From the NCBI GenBank assembly GCA_039586365.1, contig JBDHKN010000026.1:1-64000 (forward strand): a stretch of 64,000 nucleotides of DNA, given 5' to 3'. Below are positions 1 to 9,463 of this stretch, piece by piece. This DNA is from Gemmatimonadota bacterium. Its GTDB lineage: Bacteria > Gemmatimonadota > Gemmatimonadetes > Gemmatimonadales > GWC2-71-9. A program made the position numbers and the translations under genes. Below the pieces are notes generated by a model, which did no database searches, had not been told where the DNA came from, and saw only the letters and a list, made by a program, of their open reading frames with translations. Every line of letters starts with the position of its first letter. The first letter of the stretch is position 1.

Positions 1-420
1 GGAGAGATGGACGCTCTCAGGTGGGGGATTGTGATCAGGCACGCTGGATTCGAGCTGCAGCTCGAAAACCAAGAGCAGGCAGATCCGTTGCCAACGCGCG
101 TTCAGCTTGGCGTGATCTATCGCTTGCTGCTGCCCGAACTGAGGGGCTCCAACGAGAGATTCGATGCGCGTATCTATATGGACATCGACGACCAGTGGGG
201 ACAGTATGATAGCCCCGAGACGCGCATAGGGCTCGACGTAGGGCTGGGCGAGTTGGTGCGGTTTCGCGGTGGATATGCCTTCCTGGATTCCGAGAATCGG
301 GGGCCTTCAGTGGGCGTGGGATTGCGGGTGGGACGAATCAGAGTCGACGTGGCTCGCGTGTTCTTCGTGTCGTCGAGCTTCGACGAACCCTTTCACATTA
401 GCGTAACGGCCGGACTGTAG
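1..420 (+). CDS. 5'-truncated outer-membrane beta-barrel protein, possibly PorV/PorQ-like (C-terminal part)
   Basis: Frame open from the window edge. Amphipathic beta-strand pattern (LVRFRGGYAF..GPSVGVGLRVGRIRVDVARVF..FHISVTAGL). Confidence 0.4.
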   Translation, partial: GEMDALRWGIVIRHAGFELQLENQEQADPLPTRVQLGVIYRLLLPELRGSNERFDARIYMDIDDQWGQYDSPETRIGLDVGLGELVRFRGGYAFLDSENRGPSVGVGLRVGRIRVDVARVFFVSSSFDEPFHISVTAGL

Positions 421-421
421 C

Positions 422-1264
422 GTGAAGCGAGCGACTGTTCTCATCCTGTGTCATTCTGTAATTGTCGCGCCCCGGATGGACGCGCAATACTTGCTGGCTC
501 TAAGCGATCACGACTCGATTGTGGCTCAAGCTACCGTTGGGCCTGAGGCGATCTCCGCAAACTCATGGATCCACCCAATCGCGTCTTTAGTGCTCCCCGG
601 CAGCGGCCAACTCCTCGCAGGGCAGGACCGGGGTGTCATCTATTTCGCGGCCGAAGTGCTCTTCGTGACACGAGTCCTGTCATTCAACAGTGAGGCTGTG
701 CGGGAACGGGATCGCTATCGAGATCTGGCGTTCGAGGTGGCCCGCGCGCCGTTCTTGCCGGCACGGCGCGACACGGTGTTCGAATATTTCGAAGTGATGG
801 AGAGGTTCGTGGAGAGTGGCCCGTTCAATACCGACCCCGGTCCGTTTTTGGTGCCGCCGACAGACGAACAAACGTACAATGGGAGCATCTGGAAACTGGC
901 GCGCGAGACTTTCTTTGCGGATCCCGACTCTCCGCCCGATACGGCATCGGACGAGTACCACCGCGCTCTCGAGTTCTATCGCGCCCGCGCCGTCGGGCCG
1001 AACTTTCAGTGGTCTTGGCGCAACGCGGGGATCGAACAGGATCTGTACCGACAGTCGATCAAACGAAGCGATGACGCATTTCGCACCACCGTCCAATACC
1101 TCGGCTTGATTCTCGCCAACCACCTTCTGAGTGCCATAGACATGTTCGTGTCTTACCGCTTGAGCGGTAACGACCGAGCAGTAGCTATCCAGTCGAATGT
1201 CTGGGTCGAGCCTGGCTGGCGGGGTGGAGTGAGAGGGGCACTGGCGGTGCGGGTGGGGCTCTGA
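422..1264 (+). CDS. Hypothetical exported/membrane protein
   Basis: 280-aa ORF starting 1 nt after the upstream stop. SLVLPGSGQL motif followed by a hydrophobic segment. No function recognised. Confidence 0.6.
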   Translation: MKRATVLILCHSVIVAPRMDAQYLLALSDHDSIVAQATVGPEAISANSWIHPIASLVLPGSGQLLAGQDRGVIYFAAEVLFVTRVLSFNSEAVRERDRYRDLAFEVARAPFLPARRDTVFEYFEVMERFVESGPFNTDPGPFLVPPTDEQTYNGSIWKLARETFFADPDSPPDTASDEYHRALEFYRARAVGPNFQWSWRNAGIEQDLYRQSIKRSDDAFRTTVQYLGLILANHLLSAIDMFVSYRLSGNDRAVAIQSNVWVEPGWRGGVRGALAVRVGL

Positions 1265-1308
1265 GAGCCACGGTTGTGTTGGTGGTGCGTAACAAGCTGG
1301 GGGGGCGT

Positions 1309-1337
1309 TTGACTTCCCAGATTTAGGCCCGTAAGTT
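1309..1337 (+). promoter_or_regulatory. sigma70-type promoter of the GGDEF gene
   Basis: TTGACT(1309-1314)-N17-TAAGTT(1332-1337). Confidence 0.55.
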
Positions 1338-1375
1338 GAATGGTTACCTACAATTACGGAGATGAGAGGAGACCG

Positions 1376-2329
1376 GTGGGGGCGCGTCCGACGGTACTCT
1401 ATTTTTCGCCAACCGAGCGTGAAGTTCCCGATCTGATGGCCGGTTGGCTGCGAGCAAAGGCGTTTTCTATCAGCCAGTTCCCCGTCGCTGCCGATCTGGA
1501 GACCGTGGCGCGGCGCAGTCCTCCTGTGCTCATAGTCATCGACGCAGACGGCGTCGGGCACGAAGGCCTGAACTTGTGTCAGTCCCTCAAGGGTGATGCA
1601 TTCAGCGCCATCGTGCCCATTGTGATCGTGGCTGGACGCCACGCCGCCGACGAGGTGCGGGGCTGGTTCGAGGCGGGTGCGGACGAGGTGATAACACCTC
1701 TGTTCGAACCAGCCGAACAGCGGACCAGGTTGGATGTGTTGCTGCTCCGTACCGAACGCAACGTTGCGGTGCATCCGTCGACCAGACTCCCCGGTACGAC
1801 CGAAATAGAGCGGGAGATCCGCAGTCGTCTCGACAGCCGGAAGCTGTTCGCGGTATGTTACGCCGATCTCGACCATTTCAAGGAGTTCAACGACCGGTAC
1901 AGCTATTACGAGGGTGACCGGGTCATCCTGATCGTGTCACGCGTGATACGAGATGTGGTCAAGGGAATGTGTCCCCGAGATGGTTTTGTCGGCCACATCG
2001 GCGGTGACGATTTTATCGTGATCCTGCCGCTGGAACGAGTGCAAGAGGTCTGCGGCGAGATCACCGCGGTGTTCGATGCGTTGATCCCGTACCAGTACAG
2101 CGAGCAGGATCGACGCGCCGGCTATTTCTTTGGCAAGGACCGGCGCGGGCACCTACATCGCGTACCGCTGATGACGCTCTCGATTGGAATAGTCACCAAC
2201 GAACACAGGCGTTTCGGTCACCCGGCGGAGGTCAGCGAAACCGCCACCGAGATGAAGATGTACGCCAAGACGCTACCCGGGTCGGTATACGTCGTTGACA
2301 GGCGGCGTGACACTGACCGTAGCCCTTAG
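1376..2329 (+). CDS. Response regulator receiver + diguanylate cyclase (GGDEF) protein
   Basis: REC-like N-terminus (LIVID..GADEVITP), YADLDHFKEFNDRY and GGDDF motifs. GTG 1376 follows a GAGGAG SD and is preferred over ATG 1340, which abuts the -10. Confidence 0.85.
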   Translation: MGARPTVLYFSPTEREVPDLMAGWLRAKAFSISQFPVAADLETVARRSPPVLIVIDADGVGHEGLNLCQSLKGDAFSAIVPIVIVAGRHAADEVRGWFEAGADEVITPLFEPAEQRTRLDVLLLRTERNVAVHPSTRLPGTTEIEREIRSRLDSRKLFAVCYADLDHFKEFNDRYSYYEGDRVILIVSRVIRDVVKGMCPRDGFVGHIGGDDFIVILPLERVQEVCGEITAVFDALIPYQYSEQDRRAGYFFGKDRRGHLHRVPLMTLSIGIVTNEHRRFGHPAEVSETATEMKMYAKTLPGSVYVVDRRRDTDRSP

Positions 2330-2353
2330 GGTGGGGACTAGGGAGACCGTAGC

Positions 2354-3199
2354 ATGAACGTGCGCTGCCCTCAGTGCGATGCAGTCTATAGGGTCGATCC
2401 TGCAAAAGTGCCCGAGCGAGGCGTGAGGGCGCGCTGTGCGGCCTGTGCCTACGTCATTGCCGTGACATTGCAGCGCGGAATGGCTGGAGCGCCGGATGGT
2501 GCCGAGCGTGAATTGCAGGCCCCACCCACGCCCACTGTCCCGCAACGGCCGAGTGAGGCTTCCGATGAGGCTTCCCAAGACATCGCTTCCCAACCTCCCC
2601 CGGAGCCGGTCGCGCAACCCGATCCGGAGATCGGTGTGCAGTCGGTCGGACAGTCTGCTGCGGCAGCTTCACCAGGCCCAGTGTTAGTGCGGTCTGAACC
2701 AGAGCCCGCGCCACAACAGCAGGAGCCGAAGGAACCGCCCAAGCTCCGGTACTCCAGACCCTTCATACAGCCCAGGATCGAACCTGAACCGACGGCTGCC
2801 GATGCCCGCCCGAGTGCACCGGTCTTCCGACCCACTCCAGGGACGCCTCCAGTCAAGACGCCGCCCGTCCCCGAATCTCCGGTCCCGACTGCTCCTCCAG
2901 CCAGTGCAACCGCGCCGACCGTCGAGCCACGCCGCCATGTGAATCCGTTTCTCTCCAGGGATCCGACCCAGAAGGCGCGGCGCTTGGCGCGCGCGCTGGT
3001 GTCCGACATAATCGTGTACCAGCCGAAGAAGCGACAGGAAGCGCTCGAGAAGGGGACGCTGAAGGAGGATTTCGCGGACGAGATCAAGAAGAGTTGGGAA
3101 GAGTACACCCAGCAAGTGGGTGAGGACCTGGCCAACTCAACTGACTTCTTCACTGATGCTCTCAACGACATCCTAGCCGGGGGGCGCCAAATCTTCTAG
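2354..3199 (+). CDS. MJ0042-type zinc-ribbon protein with Pro-rich linker and helical C-terminal domain
   Basis: MNVRCPQC..RARCAAC finger, ~150-aa Pro/Ala/Glu-rich linker, C-terminal KARRLARALVSDIIVY domain, GGGAG SD. Confidence 0.75.
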   Translation: MNVRCPQCDAVYRVDPAKVPERGVRARCAACAYVIAVTLQRGMAGAPDGAERELQAPPTPTVPQRPSEASDEASQDIASQPPPEPVAQPDPEIGVQSVGQSAAAASPGPVLVRSEPEPAPQQQEPKEPPKLRYSRPFIQPRIEPEPTAADARPSAPVFRPTPGTPPVKTPPVPESPVPTAPPASATAPTVEPRRHVNPFLSRDPTQKARRLARALVSDIIVYQPKKRQEALEKGTLKEDFADEIKKSWEEYTQQVGEDLANSTDFFTDALNDILAGGRQIF

Positions 3200-3304
3200 G
3201 GTGGCCTCAAGTTCTGGCATGGCTTATATTTGACTGTTGATGAGCCGTCCTCCCAGGTCCGGGCAGGCGGCTCGATTCACATTGGGCCCCGAGTAGGAGC
3301 GCGA

Positions 3305-4412
3305 ATGATAGAGGAAATCAAAGAGCGGCTGGAGGGAATCGAGAACAGACTGTCAGAACTCCGAGGTTATCTTTGACCTCGAAGCCAAGAAAGCCCGCCT
3401 AGAACAGCTCGAATCCTCCATGACAGCACCTGGCTTCTGGGATAATTCGGAGAGCGCTCGTGCAACAGTGGAGGAGGTTCGCCGCCTAAAACGCTGGACC
3501 GATCCCCATGCCGACCTGAGCTTCCGCACGCATGAGGCCCTGGAGTTGGCCCAGCTCATAAGCGACGAACAGGATGATGAGCTGGCAGCAGGGCTGGCCG
3601 AGGAGGTGACCCAGCTGCTTGCCGAGCTGCAGCAGCTGGAATTGCAGAACATGCTGCAGGGCCCCGACGACCGGCGCTCGGCATTGCTGACGATACATCC
3701 CGGTGCTGGAGGTACAGAGTCTCAGGATTGGGCTGAGATGCTGTTGAGAATGTACACGCGCTGGTCGGAGCGCCAGGGCTACGACGTGAAGATATTGGAT
3801 CTGCTCCCCGGCGAGGAAGCAGGAATCAAGTCCGTGTCAATTGAGATGACCGGAGACTTCGCGTACGGGTACCTGAAGGCGGAGAAGGGTGTGCATCGGC
3901 TGGTTCGCATCTCACCGTTCGATTCGCAGGCCCGGCGTCACACTTCGTTTGCCTCGATCTTCGTCTACCCCGTGGTCGACGACAGTGTGGCAATCGATCT
4001 GCGGGAAGAGGACATAGAGATGGAAGTGTTCCGCGCCTCGGGCGCCGGTGGGCAACACGTCAACAAAACTTCCTCGGCAGTGCGTCTGCGGCACCTGCCC
4101 ACAGGGATAGCGGTGTCATGTCAGCAGGAACGCAGTCAGTTCAAGAACAGGGCCACGGCGATGAAGTTGCTCAGAGCTGCCCTCTATCAGCGGGCGATAG
4201 AAGAGCGCGACAAGGCCAAGGCCGAACTGGAAGCAACGAAGACAGACATCAGTTGGGGCAATCAGATCAGATCCTACATCTTCCAACCGTACACGATGGT
4301 CAACGATCACCGAACTGAACTAAAGGTGTCGGACGTGCGCGCCGTTATGGACGGCGACATCACTCAGTTCATCGAGACGTTCCTCAAGAAATTCGGGAGC
4401 AAGGCGGCGTGA
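3305..4412 (+). CDS. prfB: Peptide chain release factor 2 (programmed +1 frameshift at 3371-3377)
   Basis: AGGAG SD, ATG 3305, 23 codons, then GAGGT-TAT-CTT-TGA-C. The +1 frame continues into the ORF with SPF and GGQ motifs. Confidence 0.96.
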
Positions 4413-5896
4413 GCGCGGTCGCACGGACCTATGTCGAAGAGGCAAGGCGCGAGAAGCTGACGGCTCTGCGAGACGCTGGTATTGAGCCATTCGGCTATGC
4501 CTACCCACGCAGCCATACGGCCCAAGAGGCGATCGCGCAGCACGGAGTCGACCCTCAAGTCACCGTCCGAGTCGCGGGTCGCATCGTTGCGTATCGTCCC
4601 CATGGCAAGACCACCTTCGGACACCTGGGCGATCACACGGGCCGCGTACAGTTCTACGCCCGGCGCGATGAAATCGGAGACCCAGCGTACGATGTTCTGA
4701 AGCTGCTGGACTTGGGCGATCACATCGGTGTAACAGGATACATGTTTCGAACCAAGACCGGTGAGATCACGGTTCATGCCAAGGAAATCCACTTGCTCGC
4801 AAAGGCGTTGCGTCCGCTTCCGTTCGGCAAGGAGGATGCCCAGGGCGTGCAACACGGGGGTCTGGCGGACACCGAGTTACGATACCGTGAGCGCTACGCG
4901 GACCTCGTGGTCAACCCGGAGGCGCGTGAGACGTTCCGTCTGCGGGCCCAGGTGATTTCCTACCTGCGGCGCTTCTTAGACTCCCAGGGTTTCGTGGAGG
5001 TCGAAACACCGGAGTTGCAGCCGTTGTACGGTGGTGCGATGGCCCGACCGTTCATGACGCACTACAACGCCCTGGACGCCGACTTCTACCTCCGTATCGC
5101 AACCGAGTTGTATTTGAAACGCTGCATCGTCGGCGGGCTCGACCGCGTGTACGAGATTGGCAAGGATTTCCGGAACGAAGGCATTGACCGGCAGCACAAT
5201 CCTGAATTCACGATGCTCGAGTTCTACCAGGCCTACGCTGACTACTATGACATCATGCGCCTGGTAGAGACAATGGTGCATGGATTGGTGATCGAGCTGT
5301 TCGACACGGCTACCATTGAGCGGTTCGGCACAACGCTCTCTTTCACCCCGCCCTGGCCACGTCTCAGCTACTTGGATCTGGTGCGGGAGCACGGCGGTGT
5401 CGATCTGCGGACGGCAGAGGATACGGTCCTCCGAGCTACTCTCGCAAACCGTGACATCGCAGATCTCGCTACGATTCCCCGCACCAAGCTCATCGACGAG
5501 GTATTCCAGAATTTCGTTGAACCTCGGCTGACTCAACCCTGTTTCGTGGTCGATTATCCGATCGAGATCTCGCCGCTGGCGAAGCCGAAACGAGGTGATC
5601 CGACGCTTGCCGAGCGCTTCGAGCTCTACACGCAGGGGCGAGAGCTGGCAAATGCCTTCAGTGAGTTGAACGATCCGGACGAACAGCGCGTGCGCTTCGA
5701 GGCCCAAGTCGCTGCGCGGGCCGCAGGAGATCAAGAGGCGCAGCAGCTAGATGAAGATTTCATTCGCGCCCTGGAATACGGGATGCCACCCACTGGAGGT
5801 TGTGGAATCGGGATAGATCGATTGGTGATGCTACTCACCGAACGAGCATCCATTCGCGACGTGATACTGTTCCCGATGCTGAGACCCGAGAGATGA
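4409..5896 (+). CDS. lysS: Lysine--tRNA ligase (class II)
   Basis: OB-fold N-terminus; YLRIATELYLKR, FRNEG..HNPEFTMLEFY and ALEYGMPPTGGCGIGIDRL motifs. Confidence 0.97.
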   Translation: MSAVARTYVEEARREKLTALRDAGIEPFGYAYPRSHTAQEAIAQHGVDPQVTVRVAGRIVAYRPHGKTTFGHLGDHTGRVQFYARRDEIGDPAYDVLKLLDLGDHIGVTGYMFRTKTGEITVHAKEIHLLAKALRPLPFGKEDAQGVQHGGLADTELRYRERYADLVVNPEARETFRLRAQVISYLRRFLDSQGFVEVETPELQPLYGGAMARPFMTHYNALDADFYLRIATELYLKRCIVGGLDRVYEIGKDFRNEGIDRQHNPEFTMLEFYQAYADYYDIMRLVETMVHGLVIELFDTATIERFGTTLSFTPPWPRLSYLDLVREHGGVDLRTAEDTVLRATLANRDIADLATIPRTKLIDEVFQNFVEPRLTQPCFVVDYPIEISPLAKPKRGDPTLAERFELYTQGRELANAFSELNDPDEQRVRFEAQVAARAAGDQEAQQLDEDFIRALEYGMPPTGGCGIGIDRLVMLLTERASIRDVILFPMLRPER

Positions 5897-7146
5897 GTCG
5901 ACTCGATCTCAAACTCGCCAGCCGGTACATGAGGAGTAGGCGTTCGTCTCGACTGATATCGCTCATTACGCTCATTGCCACAGGCGGGGTTACGGTTGGG
6001 GTCATGGCGCTGATCGTCGTGATGGGTGTCATGAATGGACTGCAGACCGATTTGCGGGACAAGATACTGGTAGCGACACCGCACCTCAGGATCCTCACCT
6101 ACGGGCGCGGGCTGATCCTCAATGACTGGAGGGCCGTGCGGGATAGCGTTCTGAAACATCCCGAAGTCCTCGCCGCTGCGCCATTCGTGCTCAGCCAGGG
6201 TCTGCTCTCGGCCGGCTTCGACTACAGTGAAGGAGCGTATGTGATCGGGATCGAGCCCGATACGGGTCAAGCTGCGGTCACGGCTCTGGCGAGCCGAATA
6301 ACTACTGGTGAGTTGGACTTCGGGTCGCAGAGCGACGAAGTAGATGGCGGGATCGTGCTGGGCTACCGCCTGGGCGAACGCTTATCCGCGTATCCCGGGG
6401 ATACGGTCACCGTTATCTCTCCGGCAGGTAGCAAGTTCAGCCCCACACTTGGAAGCTACGTACCCCGTTGGTGGACCTTCGAGGTGACCGGACACTTCCA
6501 GACCGGAATGTACGAGTACGACAACGCGTATGCCGTCCTATCACGCGAAATGGCCCAACAATTCGCGCAACTCGACACGGCGGTGAGCGGCCTGGAGATA
6601 CGGCTGAGGGATCCCTGGCAGGCGATGCGTGTGGGCGCAGAGTTGGTACAACAGCTGGGAGGCTTCCCATACCGGGCGTTTGATTGGCAAAGTCAGAACG
6701 CCAGTCTGTTCTCGGCCCTGCAACTCGAGAAACTGGCGATGGGCACGGTGCTACTCCTGATCGTCATCGTTGCAGCGTTCAACATCGTGAGCACGCTCAC
6801 CATGGTGGTCCGCGACAAGACAAGAGAGATCGGTATTCTACGCGCAATGGGGTTGCCCACCAGCGTGGTGCGGCGTGCCTTTGTACTGCAGGGTGCCTTC
6901 ATTGGAGTGGTGGGGACATCTTTGGGTACGGGATTGGGATTGCTGCTGGCCTATTTGGTCGACAAGCGCCGGATAATCGACCTGAATCCTGCAGTCTACT
7001 TCATCGATCATCTGCCAGTAAGAGTCGACCCGTTGGACCTCGCGATCATCGTGGTGGCCAGCATTGCCGTCGCAACCCTAGCAACGGTGTATCCAGCGCG
7101 CCAGGCAGCCACCCTCAATCCGGTGGATGCGATCAGGTACGAATGA
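5893..7146 (+). CDS. lolE: Lipoprotein-releasing ABC transporter permease (LolC/E family)
   Basis: GVMALIVVMGVMNG, AAFNIVSTLTMVVRDKTREIGILRAMG and YPARQAATLNPVDAIRYE motifs. ATGA overlap with the lysS stop. Confidence 0.88.
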   Translation: MSRLDLKLASRYMRSRRSSRLISLITLIATGGVTVGVMALIVVMGVMNGLQTDLRDKILVATPHLRILTYGRGLILNDWRAVRDSVLKHPEVLAAAPFVLSQGLLSAGFDYSEGAYVIGIEPDTGQAAVTALASRITTGELDFGSQSDEVDGGIVLGYRLGERLSAYPGDTVTVISPAGSKFSPTLGSYVPRWWTFEVTGHFQTGMYEYDNAYAVLSREMAQQFAQLDTAVSGLEIRLRDPWQAMRVGAELVQQLGGFPYRAFDWQSQNASLFSALQLEKLAMGTVLLLIVIVAAFNIVSTLTMVVRDKTREIGILRAMGLPTSVVRRAFVLQGAFIGVVGTSLGTGLGLLLAYLVDKRRIIDLNPAVYFIDHLPVRVDPLDLAIIVVASIAVATLATVYPARQAATLNPVDAIRYE

Positions 7147-7844
7147 GTGCAGTGCTCGAAGCTCGCGCCCTGAAGAAGGTGTTTCACGGGGGGGGAGACA
7201 CGGTCCTCGAGGTGTTGAGTCACGTGGCAATCGCTGTGGACGCGGGGGAGGTTGTCGCGATTGTAGGTGCGAGTGGTACAGGGAAGAGTACTCTGCTACA
7301 CTTGCTCGGGGCGCTCGACGAACCCACTGCCGGCGAGATCCTCATGGACGGGTACTCCTATGCGACTTTGTCGGTCAAGCAACGAGATGAGATGCGTAAC
7401 CGGAAGCTCGGATTCGTATTCCAGTTCCACCACTTGTTGCGGGAGTTCTCAGCACTCGAAAACGTCATGATGCCACTCCTTATCGCTGGATCATCGGACC
7501 CGCAGGCACGGCGTCGAGCGGAGGAAATGCTGTCTGAAGTCGGCCTGGCCGATAGGATGACGCATCGACCGGCAGCACTCTCAGGTGGGGAACAGCAACG
7601 CTGTGCGGTCGCTCGGGCGCTGGTGCACGGCCCGCGCGTCCTGCTGGCGGATGAACCGAGCGGGAATCTGGACAACTTCAATAGCGAGCGGCTCCACGAC
7701 CTGTTGTTCGGTTTGACCAGAACACATGAAACGGCCCTGGTTGTGGTCACCCACAATCCGCGGCTGGCAGAACGGGCTGATCGAGTGCTTCTCCTAGAGA
7801 ATGGGCGGCTGCAATCCCTGGAGTCCGGCGAGGTGCTCCCCTGA
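7143..7844 (+). CDS. lolD: Lipoprotein-releasing ABC transporter ATPase
   Basis: Walker A GASGTGKS, LolD motif GFVFQFHHLL, LSGGEQQR. ATGA overlap. Confidence 0.92.
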   Translation: MSAVLEARALKKVFHGGGDTVLEVLSHVAIAVDAGEVVAIVGASGTGKSTLLHLLGALDEPTAGEILMDGYSYATLSVKQRDEMRNRKLGFVFQFHHLLREFSALENVMMPLLIAGSSDPQARRRAEEMLSEVGLADRMTHRPAALSGGEQQRCAVARALVHGPRVLLADEPSGNLDNFNSERLHDLLFGLTRTHETALVVVTHNPRLAERADRVLLLENGRLQSLESGEVLP

Positions 7845-8341
7845 TGCTGTGTGACAACTGCAAGGAGAAGGAGGCGGCGATCCACTTGACACAGATCGTT
7901 GACAACTCCGTTACTACAGTACATCTGTGTCCTCAATGCGCAGCGGAGAAAGGCGTCCAGACCGGAGCCAACGTGGCCAAATTCCCGTTGTCCGATTTTC
8001 TGGCTTCAATGGGAAAGGGAGTGGCTGCGCACCTGCCACCAGGAGACTCGGCCGAGGCGTGTGCGTTCTGTGGAGCAACGCTGACAGATTTCCGCGAGAC
8101 CGGACGACTGGGATGCCCGCATTGCTATGAAACGTTCGAGACTCACCTGCGCGTACTACTGCGACGTATCCATGGATCCAGTCATCATGTGGGAGAGGTC
8201 TATTTGACGCCCGGCTCTGCTGCGGCCGGTGGCAAGGAACCCGGGATCTCGCAGCTGCGGCGACAGCTGAAGGCTGCCGTGGACGCGGAGAACTTCGAGT
8301 TGGCCGCAGAGCTACGTGACCGCCTGAGGGCAGAGGAATGA
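7844..8341 (+). CDS. mcsA: Protein-arginine kinase activator (CxxC motifs + UVR domain)
   Basis: Four CxxC motifs, GRLGCPHCY, C-terminal ENFELAAELRD UVR motif. Directly upstream of mcsB. Confidence 0.9.
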   Translation: MLCDNCKEKEAAIHLTQIVDNSVTTVHLCPQCAAEKGVQTGANVAKFPLSDFLASMGKGVAAHLPPGDSAEACAFCGATLTDFRETGRLGCPHCYETFETHLRVLLRRIHGSSHHVGEVYLTPGSAAAGGKEPGISQLRRQLKAAVDAENFELAAELRDRLRAEE

Positions 8342-9423
8342 GCGTGGATCTCAGCCTGCTCCGCGACGGGGGAGTATCCTGGCTAGATGGCAGTGGTCCG
8401 GAGAGCCAGATAGTCCTCTCAACCAGAGTTCGGTTGGCCCGCAACCTACAAGGGCTTCCGTTCACCGTCCGTACCAAAGATGTGGACCGAACTGCCATTC
8501 GCGAGATGGTTTTGGAAGCGGCGGGGACTTCACCTGACCTTGCTGAGGCAACGCTATTCCGGTTGGACGAACTCGATCCCCTCAGCCGGCAGTTGCTGCA
8601 CGAAAAACACCTCATCTCCAAGGAGATTGGCGGTTTGGATGAGGACGTGGGGGTGCGCTCGGATGCGGCACTCCTCACGGACGGTGAGTTGGGGATTATG
8701 ATCAACGAGGAAGATCACTTGCGGCTGCAGTGCCTGCGGTCCGGCTTTGCCCTTTCTGAGGCCTACGTGAGTCTGGAGCGTCTCGATGCCAACCTGGGTG
8801 AGCGACTTCCCTTCGCCTTCCACCCTGAGTTCGGCTACCTTACGTCCTGCCCGACAAACGCCGGCACGGGATTGCGCGCTTCGGTTCTCATCCACCTGCC
8901 TGGTCTGGTTCTCACCAAGGAGATAGCCAAGGTGCTGCAGGGGCTTTCCCAAGTGGGCCTTACCTTCCGGGGTCTGTATGGGGAAGGAAGTGAGGTGGTC
9001 GGCAACTTCTTTCAGCTATCGAACCAGACTACACTGGGGAAGTCCGAAGAAGAGCTATTGGATCACCTGGGCAAGATCGTGCGTCAGGTCGTCGATTACG
9101 AGACCAAGGCGCGTGAGGTGCTCCAGCGAGGCGCGCCGGCCGTTATCTCAGATAAGGTGTGGCGGGCCTACGGGCTACTCCGCTATGCTCGGAGTTTGTC
9201 ATTCGAGGAGACCATGAACCTGCTGAGTGGGGTGCGCCTGGGTGTGGGCTTGAACCTGATAAATGACTTGAGTGTATATACTTTGAATAAGCTACTGGTG
9301 TTTACCCAACCCGCGCACTTGGCGCGGGAGAACGGGTCGACATCGGAGCCCGACCAGATAGTCGCGCGGGCAGCTTACGTGCGTAGGGAACTGGAAGCCG
9401 ATGCGTCTCGCATGTCCCCTTGA
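8338..9423 (+). CDS. mcsB: Protein arginine kinase
   Basis: STRVRLARN, INEEDHLR and GYLTSCPTNAGTGLRAS phosphagen-kinase motifs. Confidence 0.94.
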   Translation: MSVDLSLLRDGGVSWLDGSGPESQIVLSTRVRLARNLQGLPFTVRTKDVDRTAIREMVLEAAGTSPDLAEATLFRLDELDPLSRQLLHEKHLISKEIGGLDEDVGVRSDAALLTDGELGIMINEEDHLRLQCLRSGFALSEAYVSLERLDANLGERLPFAFHPEFGYLTSCPTNAGTGLRASVLIHLPGLVLTKEIAKVLQGLSQVGLTFRGLYGEGSEVVGNFFQLSNQTTLGKSEEELLDHLGKIVRQVVDYETKAREVLQRGAPAVISDKVWRAYGLLRYARSLSFEETMNLLSGVRLGVGLNLINDLSVYTLNKLLVFTQPAHLARENGSTSEPDQIVARAAYVRRELEADASRMSP

Positions 9424-9463
9424 CTTGAGCCGGCAAACGCCTAGCGGAGACTTGGATTAGCTG

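Noticed and set aside
3242..3273. SRP-RNA-like CCAGGTCCGG hairpin upstream of prfB
   Set aside because: Lacks the GGAA tetraloop and AGCAG of SRP domain IV and is too short. More likely a simple UTR or terminator hairpin.
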